Shown piece after piece: positions 50,770 through 62,539 of a stretch of 64,000 nucleotides of DNA. Source of the stretch: Hamiltosporidium tvaerminnensis FI-OER-3-3 (lineage: Eukaryota > Fungi > Microsporidia). The translations under genes were made by a program, and so were the position numbers. The stretch's first letter is position 1. Every line of letters starts with the position of its first letter. The stretch covers positions 62,001 through 126,000 of the forward strand of contig CM061247.1 of NCBI GenBank assembly GCA_022605425.2, read 5' to 3'. The notes under the pieces were generated by a model. It was not told where the DNA came from, searched no databases, and saw only the letters and a list, made by a program, of their open reading frames with translations.

Positions 50770-51265
50770 CTAATATCGGGTATAAGCATTGATATATTCT
50801 CACTTCGGTTCGGCATTTTTCTCAACTCAAGTATTCATAATCAATCGAATATTTTTTTTTAGCTCTATTTTTGAGTACTGCAAATTCTATGTGAGTTTAC
50901 GGTACATTCGTGTATATTTTAAGTTTTTTGATATACATTTTATTGTATTTTGTTTCAATATCTTATCCGGTTATCGCTTTATGGAACATTTATAATCTAA
51001 ACTTTTGTTAAATCACAACTCCTTGGTTAATAAACCATGATTCCAGGGTTGCGGTTTTATCTATTTAAGGTAAATCCTTAGCCGTGATTCCTACATTAAC
51101 TAGTAATACCTTGTTTTTACTCTTATCTAAAATAAATATCTGCTCTGTAATTCGAATTCTGGAAGCTACTTTAAATTCTTCATATCCCATTTTGAAGACT
51201 TATTGAACTGAGTGACTCCTAATTTGTTTAAAAGACTTAAATTTATTTATCAAAATAAGCATCAA
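50770..51265 (-). mobile_element. Decayed RLE-type non-LTR retrotransposon 3' fragment
   Basis: Reverse complement reads KFKSFKQIRSHSVQ*..IFILDKSKNKVLLVNVGITAKDL..TKYNKMYIKKLKI. Confidence 0.72.
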
Positions 51266-51427
51266 ATCACTTCATCATTTAGTAAAAATATTTGAACCTA
51301 CTTATCAAATCCGAAGTAATTTAATTAAAGCCTATTTATGTTTGCTTATGTTTTAAAGAATATATTCAAGATTATATGAGGGAATTTATTAAATGAAAAA
51401 ATACAAAAATATTTTGGAGAATTAACC

Positions 51428-52130
51428 CGGAGAGAGGATAACCACATCAAAAACTTTCTGCTTGGCAATGAGTGTGTGGAACTAGTGTGAGGATACTTGT
51501 TTGAATTTCGGGTGGGAATAAAACTACACTATATCTTCATTTGTTCCATGGGAGTTTGTATGAGTAATAGAGGTCTAGAAATGGCGAAACTTTTTCTAAT
51601 GATTTATTTATAGTATTTTTTAAGCGTATCAAAGGCCGGCGCCAAACATGTAGGTAATTGCCATGTAAAAGCATGGAAACCTAGCTTTGCTCACTCGGGT
51701 TAGAAGACTTGGCGCCTGGAAGATATAAAAATCAAAACCAGTAAAAGCCAGGAAAGTTAAGTGGCAGGTTATACATGTTTGTATGACATTGCACTGTCTA
51801 GGTGAATCCTATGTAAGTCTCTGAAATATATCATAGCTAAAAATTTATTGGGTTCAGAACGTGTAGAGTAAATAGGAATGCTGCATAGTCTTAGGGGAAC
51901 CCGGGGGCTTCGGCCTTCTTTCACACTCTATGCAACAGACATTAACGAACTTCCAGGCAGCTACCTCACCTATAAATTAGGTTCTAGACACCTGGTAGAT
52001 GAAAGGCTTTGGGACTTAGGTATCGCAGGAAGTACTAATGGTATGATTGGGTAGCAGTTATTTATATAACCTAGAACTGCGTTAATGTTATGAAAACAAA
52101 TATAACACTTGCCACTATTTTTAAAAAATA
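51428..52130 (+). repeat. Dispersed ~700-bp structured repeat family, copy E
   Basis: Colinear with copies A/B/C; contains a GC-UUCG-GC hairpin at ~51905-51915. Confidence 0.9.
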
Positions 52131-52276
52131 CGTTATGTTTTTGGATAAATTTATGAGAAATTAATATATAATTAAATTTTTTATGGTAAATATCACTTAT
52201 TAAATTCATATATTAAAAAAAATTCCGTCTTTATAAACAATAAAAATTATATTTTTGTTATTTTTTATCATCCATA

Positions 52277-52862
52277 ATGTTCATATTTCTATTTTCAATC
52301 GTTTTTACTGTAAATACTTTTAGCGATATTGCAGCTGAATGTTTTACAGAAGAAGAAATAGTTCCAGAAATAAATAATATCAAACAAGAAGACATATATA
52401 ATGGCAATAGGAATAAGCATACAGTTAAAAAATATTATCAATATCTGGGATCCTAAAAATAGCGATATGAAAACCAGAAGTAACATAAAAGGATTTAATA
52501 GTGCTAAAGATGGTTTATTAAAAAATTTAAGCAAACATGATAAACACTTGTATGTGGAAATCTCAAGTAAAAATGAAAACCCAAGATCATCAAATATAGG
52601 ACTTCGTTTTACTGGAAGTGAAATGAAAAGTAACGGCAAAATGGATGGCCAAACAAGAGAAAAAACGTATAAAAGTAAGGAAATTTCTAAACAAATTAAT
52701 GAAGGAACAAATTCTAAAAAATTTATAAATGATAATTGTTTATTGCTTGATACAAATGCTGCTCTATTTCAAATAGCTAATTTGAAAATTAATGATTCTT
52801 CCGAAATTTCAGAGTCAAAGCAAAAAAAACCTGAAAAGCTGGCTAATAATATCGGTATTTAG
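52277..52862 (+). pseudogene. Hypothetical secreted protein split by a +1 frameshift (or sequencing error)
   Basis: ATG at 52277 gives MFIFLFSIVFTVNTFS.. (signal-like) ending TCC TAA at 52454-52456; the overlapping +1 frame stays open to 52862. Confidence 0.5.
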
Positions 52863-53012
52863 TTTGAAATAAATTTAATGTTCCGAATTTTTTAAATACA
52901 ATCCTCTGCTTCGAAAAGTTTTTAAAAGACGGGAAAAAATTAAAGTAAAAGTAAAGTTTCATTTATATTTTAAGTGATTTAAATAAAAATTTAATATATT
53001 TATAAAATATGA

Positions 53013-53873
53013 TTATTCGGTTATAAATGATATATTATAATCCATTATTTTAATCGGGATAGATTTTGAAACACAAATATTGTAAATATATTTACAAAAA
53101 AATATGTTTAAAAGATTTTTATGTGTCACTATCATATCCGATTCTTTAAAACCTATTTTGATGGCTTTTTTACAAACATTTTCTAATTTGTTTTGGTATT
53201 CTTCTTCTTTAAATAATGATTCAATTTCTATATATTGACCTTCATAAATTAAAATATCTTCAAAATATTTAATTTCATAATTTATATTTTCATGTTGAAA
53301 TATGAATTCGTTATTATTTAAAAAATATTCTTTAAAAAATATAAATATCAGAGTATTATCTGATATATTTAAACTTATTTGGTTGAAAAATACTTTGTAA
53401 ACATTATTTTGTGTATTTGTAAATACATTGATATTATTTTTGTTTTCGGTTTGAAAACAAGAACAGGGAAAATCGTTTTTGTTGATGAAGAAATAAAAAT
53501 TTGAATATAAAATACCTTTTTTTCTTGGACGCATTTCGAGTTTAGCCACTTCTTTGAATTCTAAATTATGACATGACCACATATCAATATACTCTTGCCA
53601 TCCTTCCGTTGGCAACCGATTAAAACTTTTTATATCAAAATTATTACCACATTTACATTTTAATTCATTTATTTCAAATTCAGTTTCCGTATTTAATTTA
53701 TCTGATAAATTATTGGTATTTTTTGTAAGATTTAAACTTAAAATGTTTTTTTCTTCCGTTTCTTTATATTCTAGATTTACTGAATTTAAAAATAACTTAA
53801 ATTGTTCAATTTCATCTTTCTCATTCGAATAAATATAGCACCTTTTCAATTTAAGAAATATTTCTAATATCAT
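53013..53873 (-). CDS. HECT_2-domain protein (Ipa1/UBE3D-like)
   Basis: LKCKCGN..RLPTEGWQEYIDMWSCH matches the LPSxxWxE...WxCH family motif; CCCCCC upstream. Confidence 0.72.
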   Translation of the reverse strand: MILEIFLKLKRCYIYSNEKDEIEQFKLFLNSVNLEYKETEEKNILSLNLTKNTNNLSDKLNTETEFEINELKCKCGNNFDIKSFNRLPTEGWQEYIDMWSCHNLEFKEVAKLEMRPRKKGILYSNFYFFINKNDFPCSCFQTENKNNINVFTNTQNNVYKVFFNQISLNISDNTLIFIFFKEYFLNNNEFIFQHENINYEIKYFEDILIYEGQYIEIESLFKEEEYQNKLENVCKKAIKIGFKESDMIVTHKNLLNIFFCKYIYNICVSKSIPIKIMDYNISFITE

Positions 53874-54358
53874 TATTTGGCGGGGGGATCTATTGATTAT
53901 TATTTTTATTAATCATAGATTTTCTTAAATTGGAATTCATTGGAATTATATTAGCTGTATTTAATATTTTTAGTGACATGGCTGCATATTGGTTTTATAT
54001 ATTTTCCAATACTGTTATAATATTATTTTAAGATGACTTTTTAAAACGAGGAATGCTTATAAGTTCACACAAATATAAAATTATTCTTGGATTTGGAAAT
54101 ATTGTCTACTATAAAACAATAAATTACTGTGTTTTATATTTAATTTATAAACCAATTTATCTACCCGATTTAATATAGAATCCCGACTCAAATTTAACAA
54201 ATATGCTAAAATATTTCTAAGGAATTTAAACCAACTTCTATACACATATTTTTAAAATAGATTGTCATATTTATTTAAATATATCCACTAAAATGATTTA
54301 ATATCAAAGCTTTTAATATTTTTAATAGAGATGCTACAGAATACGGTTTAATTCAAAC

Positions 54359-54520
54359 CATTTTCAAAATTTATATTTGACAAAATCCAATATTTAAAAT
54401 TACAAATTATTTCCAGTTTGAAGTGTTTTATTAAACATCATTTTCAAAATTTATATTTGACAAAATCCAATATCTTAAATTAGAAATTATTTCCAGTTTG
54501 AAGTATTTTGTTAAAAATCA
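54359..54520. repeat. 80-bp tandem duplication
   Basis: ttttcaaaatttatatttgacaaaatccaa at 54361 and 54441. Confidence 0.92.
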
Positions 54521-55358
54521 CTGAAAACTCCAACTGAAAATAATTTTAACAGTAAAAATAATTTGATCTGTAATGTAAAAAATGTTTTTATGTTAAATTT
54601 TATTGGAAATTCATTAAAGTTTTAATTTTATTTAATCAAAGTATATTTTTTTGTTCAAATACTGTCTAATTTAATAAGAAAAAAATCAAAGAGAAATCTT
54701 TTTAAAAAGTGAATAAAATTAAACAAAAGTTTTGTACTTAAATTCATAAAAAGCAATAAAATTTCCTTTTTTTTATATATTTTAAGAAACTCTTTTTAAA
54801 GATTATATTTAAAAATAAAACTATTTTTAATTGATTTATTACATGGAAATTTACAGGATTATTATCAATAAAAAACAGTATTCTGTATATCTCGTATAAA
54901 TAGCAATTTTTTCAATATTACTTACAAAAGATATAATTTAATTATTAAATTTTATGTAATTAGATCATAAATATTACAGATATATTACAGATAATTAAGA
55001 TAACGAAGTATTTGCTTGAAATTAAGTATAAAAATATATTTTATATTTGAGGATACTTAAGAGGTTTTTTTAATTGCAATAGGTATTCTAATAAATCTTT
55101 ATCAGAATAATTTATACGTGTTTTAATTGTAACCTTTGATCGCTATAAATATAAAAAAAATATTTTATATGATTTTTCAATAATTTAAAAAGTTTTAAAA
55201 AAAATTTCTGTTAATTGAATATAATTTATAAACTTTTTTATTCATTGTTTTTCTTATATTTTTTTACTATTTATAGAACAAATATATTTTTAGAAATAGA
55301 TATGTTAGATTTTCTATTATTTTACTTCTTCTCTGATATTGACCTTACAATAGTAAAT

Positions 55359-55664
55359 TCATATCCTTCTTCGATATAAATAATGTTGGTTCTTCGTGTG
55401 AAGTATTCTATTGTGTACCTTTAGATATAACAATAAACAAGTACAGAATGATGAAAAATTATCATATTTTGAGGATGAACAAACAGCAAATAAGTTTTTA
55501 CGGTTTTCAAGAGATACTGAATCAAAAAAACATAGAAACAGATAATACAATATTGACGTAATTTTATAGAATGTGCGCTTAAAAAATGAAACGTTTAGGA
55601 TATTTAATTCTTTTCCATTTCGAATGATCTTTATATTAAATAATTTGTAAATTTTTTTTATCAT
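55359..55664 (-). CDS. Possible small single-TM hypothetical protein
   Basis: 101-aa ATG ORF with one hydrophobic segment; no motif or CCC signal. Confidence 0.3.
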   Translation of the reverse strand: MIKKIYKLFNIKIIRNGKELNILNVSFFKRTFYKITSILYYLFLCFFDSVSLENRKNLFAVCSSSKYDNFSSFCTCLLLYLKVHNRILHTKNQHYLYRRRI

Positions 55665-56741
55665 TAAAAAATCTGTAAATTATAATTTATATATAAAGAT
55701 ATGTGTTTTACTTATTATTTGATAATTTTGAATCATAATATGATAATTAATACAATAATTGTGTTTCTTTCTCTTACTATCTTTCTATTCTATATGATAG
55801 TACAATGTATTATTCGAAACGAATAAAAAAAAATTGATCTAAAGATACTTACTTATTCATTTCCTCTTTTACTTCGAAGTTTCTAGGATGAACAACTGGA
55901 AATATTTCAATTTCTTCTTTTAATCCGTTGTAACTTGAGATTGTAAGGCATTGGTCTATAGATCCAATGTGATTTATATTCTACCAAAATGTCGACAATG
56001 ATTTTCACGACGATTTTACAGACTCATTTTCAACCAGATGGTTTTTAATGTGGTTATTCTCTTGCTACAGTTGATCTAAAGATACATAATTAAATCTTGT
56101 TTTAAGAAATATCTCGCCAATTGTTTTATAAAAAAGAGGTATCTCAGAGCCAAATATATATTCAAATTATGCTGAAAATGACTGAATGTTCAATGTTTTG
56201 AATTTATTATGACAGAGAATTACAAGAGAAGTTCTGATTATGAAATTTTAGATTAAAGTATAAAATTAATTTTTGATTCACAATAAAAAAGTGATGTGAC
56301 AAATATAAATTTAAATTTTTCAGATTCTATAAATGACTGTTTATTAGATTTACATACCAAATAATTCGTTTTATTCACTATTATTCCAATTTATACAAAT
56401 ATCGATGGTTTTAAATTGAAAAAATTTATAGTAAACCTATCATAAAGGAATAAGCTTTCTATTGCTTTATTCACTATTATAGCCATAGTTTAAAAACAAA
56501 ATAAATATTTTTATCTGTTCACGAATAACTTTAACCAAGCATATCAACCAAATTCCGAAAAAATAAAGTCACAAAATCTTGTGACCTATAATAAGATTCG
56601 CGTGGAATTGTTATGATACATGATCTTAGACTAATTTATTCTATAGTTTAAATTATTTTACATTGGAAACCGTTATTGACTTGAAATATTTAAAAAAAAG
56701 ACTATTTATATATTTTGTTTACATTGAAGAAAATTCTTATC

Positions 56742-56899
56742 AATGTAATTTTAAGCATATATGTTTTTATTGCTCTATTATTATTGAATATCTTCAACTA
56801 TCAACAAATTCCTCTTTTAAATGTAATTTTAAGAATATATATGTTTTTATTGCTCTATTATTATTCAGTACCTTCAACTATCAACAAATTCCTCTTTTC
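56742..56899. repeat. ~78-bp tandem duplication
   Basis: aatgtaattttaag..caacaaattcctctttt repeated. Confidence 0.9.
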
Positions 56900-57266
56900 A
56901 TTTATATTTTATCAATAAATGAATGTTAAGGTTTAGAAATTTTCATATTTTAGACATCAAAACCTAGCAAAACATCTTTAAATTTACAAATACTTGAAAC
57001 AAACGAAAACTTTCTTAATAAATTTAACATTTATAGTTTTCTATTAAATAAATTAAACAAACTATTCAATACGAACAAAATTTATAAAGTCATACAAACG
57101 GATTTTTAATTTCTATTAAATCAATAAAATATTATATTCAATACACAACAAAAATATCTTAGAAAAATGAGATTAATTAAATATTATATTTACATTTTAA
57201 TAATCGAAAAATAATCAATAAAAATATCTTAGAAATTAAATTACAGAACTAAACATAATTACATCT

Positions 57267-57536
57267 TTATTCATTAGAAGGTACAATAACATCTATAGTT
57301 TCCAATAAAGATACTTTTATATCTTTTCTCATTATTTCAATTTTCTTTAAATACTCATCTCTAAATTTAGTATGATTAGGCATTTTTGTAACATCGTATA
57401 CTGTTTTAAAAAGTATGTAAAATACGAAAACCAATGATTCAAAAAATATAAACAATATAAAATTACAACTTGTTAAATATCTAAATAATCCTCCTAAGAA
57501 AAATAGAAGTAAACATAATTGTTTAGACTCTTCCAT
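57267..57536 (-). CDS. Dolichol-phosphate mannosyltransferase subunit 3-like small membrane protein
   Basis: 89 aa, two TM segments then a charged helix (EYLKKIEIMRKDIK) as in DPM3; CCC-TTTT-ATG. Confidence 0.55.
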   Translation of the reverse strand: MEESKQLCLLLFFLGGLFRYLTSCNFILFIFFESLVFVFYILFKTVYDVTKMPNHTKFRDEYLKKIEIMRKDIKVSLLETIDVIVPSNE

Positions 57537-57651
57537 AAAAGGGTAATTGTTTTTTAATTAAGAAAGGTTTTTTTTATATTTTTGTTTAAAATTTGTATTC
57601 AAGAGATTTTAATTGAAGTTTTTTTTTTAATTTTAATATTTATTTTCTATG

Positions 57652-57805
57652 ATTAAGATAAAGAGAGGAAGATTTTAATACTAATCTATACTTATTTTAC
57701 GACTGGAAAAATTATTTTTTAAATTCTTATATTAAGATAAAGAGAGGAAAATTTGAATTATCAATCTATACTTTATTGTACGACTGGAAAAATTATTTTT
57801 TAAAT
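57652..57805. repeat. ~79-bp tandem duplication upstream of the DPM3-like gene
   Basis: attaagataaagagaggaa..acgactggaaaaattattttttaaat twice. Confidence 0.88.
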
Positions 57806-57894
57806 CATTTTATAGAAATAAATATAGAATATACGGTAACTTATTTAATATTCTAAAGCGAATGAATAATTTTTATTAAATTTTAATTCTTTAT

Positions 57895-58320
57895 TTAATA
57901 CTTTTCGTTGAGTATTTTTTCTTGAAAAATATTCATTTTATTTAAAATTGTAATTTCATCTGTTTCAATGACTTTCCCATTGCAAATATAATTATCCAAT
58001 AGGTAATGTACCTTATCAAAACTATAAATCAAATTCAATTCACATACTCTTTTAAAATATTTATCTAAAACTATTACAAAAGTATTCATTGCATTTGAAA
58101 TATAAAATAGATTTTCTGAATTATCCACAACAAAACATAAAATAATACTGGCAAATTTTTCAAATAAAATAGTGAATTTCTCTTTTTTTATTATTTTGTC
58201 TGGTTCCTTCAATAATAATATTTCTTTTATTATTGTTTTATCGTCGATAGATATTTTAAAATATGTTCTTGTTATTCTTATTTCTTTCTTTCTATTGAAT
58301 CCAAGTATTTTTAAAATCAT
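57895..58320 (-). CDS. Adaptor protein complex small (sigma) subunit
   Basis: FASIILCFVVD.SEN..FV.VLDKYFKRVCELNLIYSFDKVHYLLD..I.NGKVIETD. Confidence 0.9.
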   Translation of the reverse strand: MILKILGFNRKKEIRITRTYFKISIDDKTIIKEILLLKEPDKIIKKEKFTILFEKFASIILCFVVDNSENLFYISNAMNTFVIVLDKYFKRVCELNLIYSFDKVHYLLDNYICNGKVIETDEITILNKMNIFQEKILNEKY

Positions 58321-58367
58321 TTGTTTTTATTATTTCTTGTAATAAATATTTGTTGATTGTAAAACAA

Positions 58368-58570
58368 GTTTCATATTTATTATTTCTATAAAATATATTT
58401 CGAATAAAAAATGATTGAATTAAAGTATAATTGGTTTCATATTCTCTATTTCTATAAAATATATTTTGAATAAAAGTTGATTGAATTAAATTATAATTGG
58501 TTTCATATTATGTATTTCTATAAAATATATTGAAATTTTAAAATTTTCTCATTAAAGTATAATTGGTTTT
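58368..58570. repeat. 66-bp tandem repeat (~3 copies) upstream of AP sigma
   Basis: gtttcatatt..tatttctataaaatatat..tataattg units. Confidence 0.88.
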
Positions 58571-58667
58571 ATTCTGTATTTTCATGAATGACTTATCAAA
58601 AAGTAAAAGTGAAATTTAATTCACTCATCTTTAATTCAAAATATTTTTTTTTGAATGAATATATCCC

Positions 58668-59355
58668 TTCTTTTTAAAAAGTGTTATGTTGCATTCATGG
58701 CATTAACAAGGTTCTAGGTTTGTTGCAGATTAAAACTCCACCAAAACTCTTTCAGTATCTTCTACGATACTTAAATCCCGAAGCTTTTCATCTAAAATGC
58801 ATTTAATCTAGTAAATGGGAAAGGCAATTACTCTGAATTCGTTAATATCTGTCATGGGGTGTGATAGTGGGTCGGAACCCGTCTTATGCTCTTCGACAAC
58901 AGCAGCATTGCTACTTCAATTATACTTTCTGAACCTAATAGACTTCTAGCTAAGATATATTTCGGCGACTTACATGGAATACACCTAGACCTATGTCATA
59001 CAAACAAGAAAACATGCTGCTTAGTATTCCTAGGCTTATAGAAGGGGATGTTTTTACATCTCCCAAACCCTAAGTCTTCTAACCCGTGTAAGCAATGTTA
59101 GGTTTCCATGCTTTTACATATCAATTACCTACAAATAATCTTGATTTATAATCTAGTGACATAAGAAAACACGAAATAAGTTTTTAGAAAAATCTTTAAT
59201 GTTTTTTAGACCTTCTTATCCCCTTTAAAACTTATATACCAACCAAAATACAGTGTGGTTTTCATATCACCAAATCAAAACAAGGATTTTACTCGAATTT
59301 CTTATAATCCTTACCAAAAATAGAATTTCTAAAGTGGATATTCACCCGTCACCAT
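58668..59355 (-). repeat. Dispersed ~700-bp structured repeat family, copy F (reverse orientation)
   Basis: Reverse complement contains tgtaggtaattgatatgtaaaagcatggaaaccta, cgggttagaagactt, ccatgtaagtcgccgaaatatatcttagctagaag and cataacactttttaaaaag. Confidence 0.85.
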
Positions 59356-59841
59356 CTCAAATTAAGATAAAAAATAAAAAAATATTTATAATCAGTAAAT
59401 TACAGTTTACTTGTCTCAATACAAATTCATATTTCAAATAATAAATTTACTTTTTAAAAATTATAGAACCAATAAAAATTCATCTCATGATCATAGTTTT
59501 ATATTAAATCCAGTATTTTTATTTAAATACAGTATTGTATCTCAGTTTTTTATATATATAATAAATAATTTTGTAATTAAGTTTGTTATAAACATTGAAA
59601 ATATTTCCATCATTATTCATTTGTAATACATATGAAATAAGATATCGATAATTACTTTATTATTAAAAATATTTTAAAATAAAATGATTGTAAATTTTAT
59701 ATTTTAGGTATTCTTAATAAACATAATAGTAATTTTTTTTTCAATTTTCAACAATTTCATTAAAGAAACAAAATTAAAACAAATTTATCGTTTATGAAAA
59801 TTCTTTTGTAATTGTATAAAATAATAAATTATAATGGGTTT

Positions 59842-60390
59842 ATGGTTGAATTTAGAGAGATAAATAATAGAACCAGACCATCAGAAAACAACATACCAAA
59901 CCAAAACAACAACAATGGTGAAGATAGTTCAGATTATATATATTATGATTGTCGAGATATTTCTGACGTCGAAAGACCAGTATCACCTGTAAGTATTAGA
60001 CGAGATGGTTTTTATATTATAGATGTTGAAAATCGAAGCAGTAGGAGTAGAAATATAAATATAAATAGAAGCAGAATTGGGAATGTAAATAGAAATTTAT
60101 CACAACCATCCTTGACGTCTTCTTTAATGACAGTGTTACGTATTATAACAGCCAGAGACAAATCACCTGATTTTTTAATATTTCCTTTGCTTTTATTTAT
60201 AATTTGTTACTTTTTTAGAATTTCCTATGTACCATTTCATTTAACAATATTTGTATTTTACCAGTATTTGAGCGGTAATTCTTTTATTTCATTTGTAACA
60301 AATTTTTTCATATATTACTCTGCTTTGTTTGTTCTAAAAATAATCCAATATTTTATATGGAAAACATTAAAATGGAGTTTTAATTTTTAG
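59842..60390 (+). CDS. Hypothetical protein with disordered N-terminus and C-terminal TM segments
   Basis: Open frame; likely start at ATG 59842 (GGG-TTT-ATG) rather than TTG 59812. Confidence 0.7.
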   Translation: MVEFREINNRTRPSENNIPNQNNNNGEDSSDYIYYDCRDISDVERPVSPVSIRRDGFYIIDVENRSSRSRNININRSRIGNVNRNLSQPSLTSSLMTVLRIITARDKSPDFLIFPLLLFIICYFFRISYVPFHLTIFVFYQYLSGNSFISFVTNFFIYYSALFVLKIIQYFIWKTLKWSFNF

Positions 60391-62539
60391 ATTTATTTTA
60401 TCTAATATTTTGATAAATTCATATTAAAAATATTTGGCTTTTATTTATCTTTTTAAGAAAAAATCTTTTCTGAAATACAAATCTAATTTTAATATTCTGG
60501 TGGACAAAAAATAGAATTTGTAGTTTTATTATGATTAAAATGTAAAAGTAAGATTTTTATTTTATAATTATTAGAAATTTGTAGTACATATTTACATTTC
60601 GATTAATTTTGTTACTAGCCAATAAACTCGTGGAAATAAACCTAATTTTAGATAAAATAAAAAATGAAATCATCATCTTATATTTAATAAGTCGGACTTT
60701 AAATTCTATATATTTTCCTTCGGCTTTTATAACCTCAACTAGGCTGTTTTCTCGTATATTTTTTTACTCTTTCATATCTATACTTTTAATCTCGTTTAGA
60801 CATTTCTAAATAAAATTTAAGGATCTTTATTGTAATATTTTACAATCATATTTTACAAGTTTAATTTTTAAGAGCTTTCGGTTATTTTTCGGCTTATTCT
60901 AATCAGTTCTCACTACTCTTGTCTTTTTTATCCAATTCTATTTTTTTTTTCAGAATATTTTCTTAAAACACGTTTTATTGGTTGGCTGTATTATTTAATT
61001 TAGTAGTTGCTTAGGTTCCTAATTATCCTTATTAAAAAAATTGTAATTTAATAATGTATAAACATTTCGCATTCATCAAAACGAATTGTCCATTAAATTA
61101 TTACTCGGAATGCAAAAAAATAAATCAAAAAAGGCTTTTTTTAAATTGCTTCTATTTCAGAATTGCTTATTTATAAGAAAAAAGCTTAAAACGAAATTAT
61201 GAGAAAAAATATTACATCAGATCTTACTTTATTAAATTTCAAAATATATCTATCGATGCTAATCTTATCTTTTTTATTATAACTTAGAAAGCTTTTTTAA
61301 AAATAGCTAAGCAAATATTATATCAAATTAATTAAACGTTTTCAGGTTTTTCATCTTCTACTTATTTGCTCTATTATTAGTTATTGAGATTTATATACAA
61401 AACAGAAGTCTCATATTCTCAATATGTGCACTATTATTGGGGTCTTACACTTTTCGAATCAATTAAACATTTCAAGGTGTGTTTTTGGTATTGAAATTAC
61501 AGGAATTATATAACTGAGTATGAGTTCTTAAAGGTTATAGTAGTTTTAATTTACATTTTATTTTTCAAGTAATACCAATCTTGAGATATGGCTTATCAAC
61601 ACAGATAATATTTTAATTATAATTACTGAAATAATTAAAGTTATAGATTTAAAAACAGTAAAATTTTTTACTTTTGTTTTTTATTTTTAAAGTAGATTTT
61701 ATTTTTTATACCTTAGTTTTGATTTGTTAAATATTTTTGTGTCATGATTAGCAAGTTTAATATTATATTTTAAATTGATTTACCTTTTTAATATCTAAAT
61801 CAATGTATACTAATTATTAACTAGATTATATAAGAATTACAATGTTTTAACTTATCTAAAAAGCCGAAAATTATATTAAAATAAAATAATTTCATTAGTT
61901 TAATAATTTTCTAAAACCATCCTCAATACTGATAGGCACAAAAGGACCGAAATAGGTAAATATATTTACTTTCAATTTCAAATTTTAAATTTTTGATTTA
62001 TTTGAACCCTGATCTTTTGTTCAATATAAGAAAAAGATGAGGCATACAAATCTGTATTGCCTATTTTTGTTTGTATATTTAAGATAAAGTATGAAAAATG
62101 CTCATTTATGGCTATAATAGACACCATAATTAATTAATGAGATGTTTAATCTACTATTTGTTAGAAAATATAAACTCGAGGTCTTTAGATAATTAGAAGT
62201 CAATTTGTATAATAAGTTCTTGAAAATTAGATCCATATTGAGAGGATACACTGGAATGAAACTGATGTCAAATTCGGAATAATAAATCAACTAAATTTAT
62301 TTTGAATACGAAATTGAATAATATAACTTTCATTAAAGTAGTAATTACTTCCCAAGATTCACTTCAAATTATTCAAACATAAATACAAGAAATTTATACT
62401 TATAAATCAATAAATTGTGTTTAATTTATACGTTTAGTGTGCCTATACTTTCTTGGGTTATAATAATTAAGATGGCATTATTTCTAAATAAAAACCTTAA
62501 CTCTAAGGAAGCTTATTGAATGTAAGTATATAAGAATAT

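Noticed and set aside
51690-51735. Group I intron R/S-like words (GTTAGAAGACT..AAGATATA) in the 700-bp repeat
   Set aside because: No TAGTC partner to form P7 and no P/Q elements recognised
51990-52010. Hammerhead-like CCTGGTAGATGAAA in the 700-bp repeat
   Set aside because: Does not match the CUGANGA core and has no stem II; varies among copies
51745-52115. RNase P/MRP (GGAAAG..ACAAA) or telomerase RNA identity for the 700-bp repeat
   Set aside because: P4 pairing not conserved among copies; only partial template-like words (CTAACCC on the reverse strand, TAACAC); many diverged copies is atypical for these genes
52310-52334. 25-nt intron that might fix the 52277 frameshift
   Set aside because: Non-consensus donor, no branch motif, and the spliced frame hits a TAG at ~52358
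56663-56929. Two small ORFs with internal repeats
   Set aside because: TTG starts; explained by the 78-bp tandem duplication
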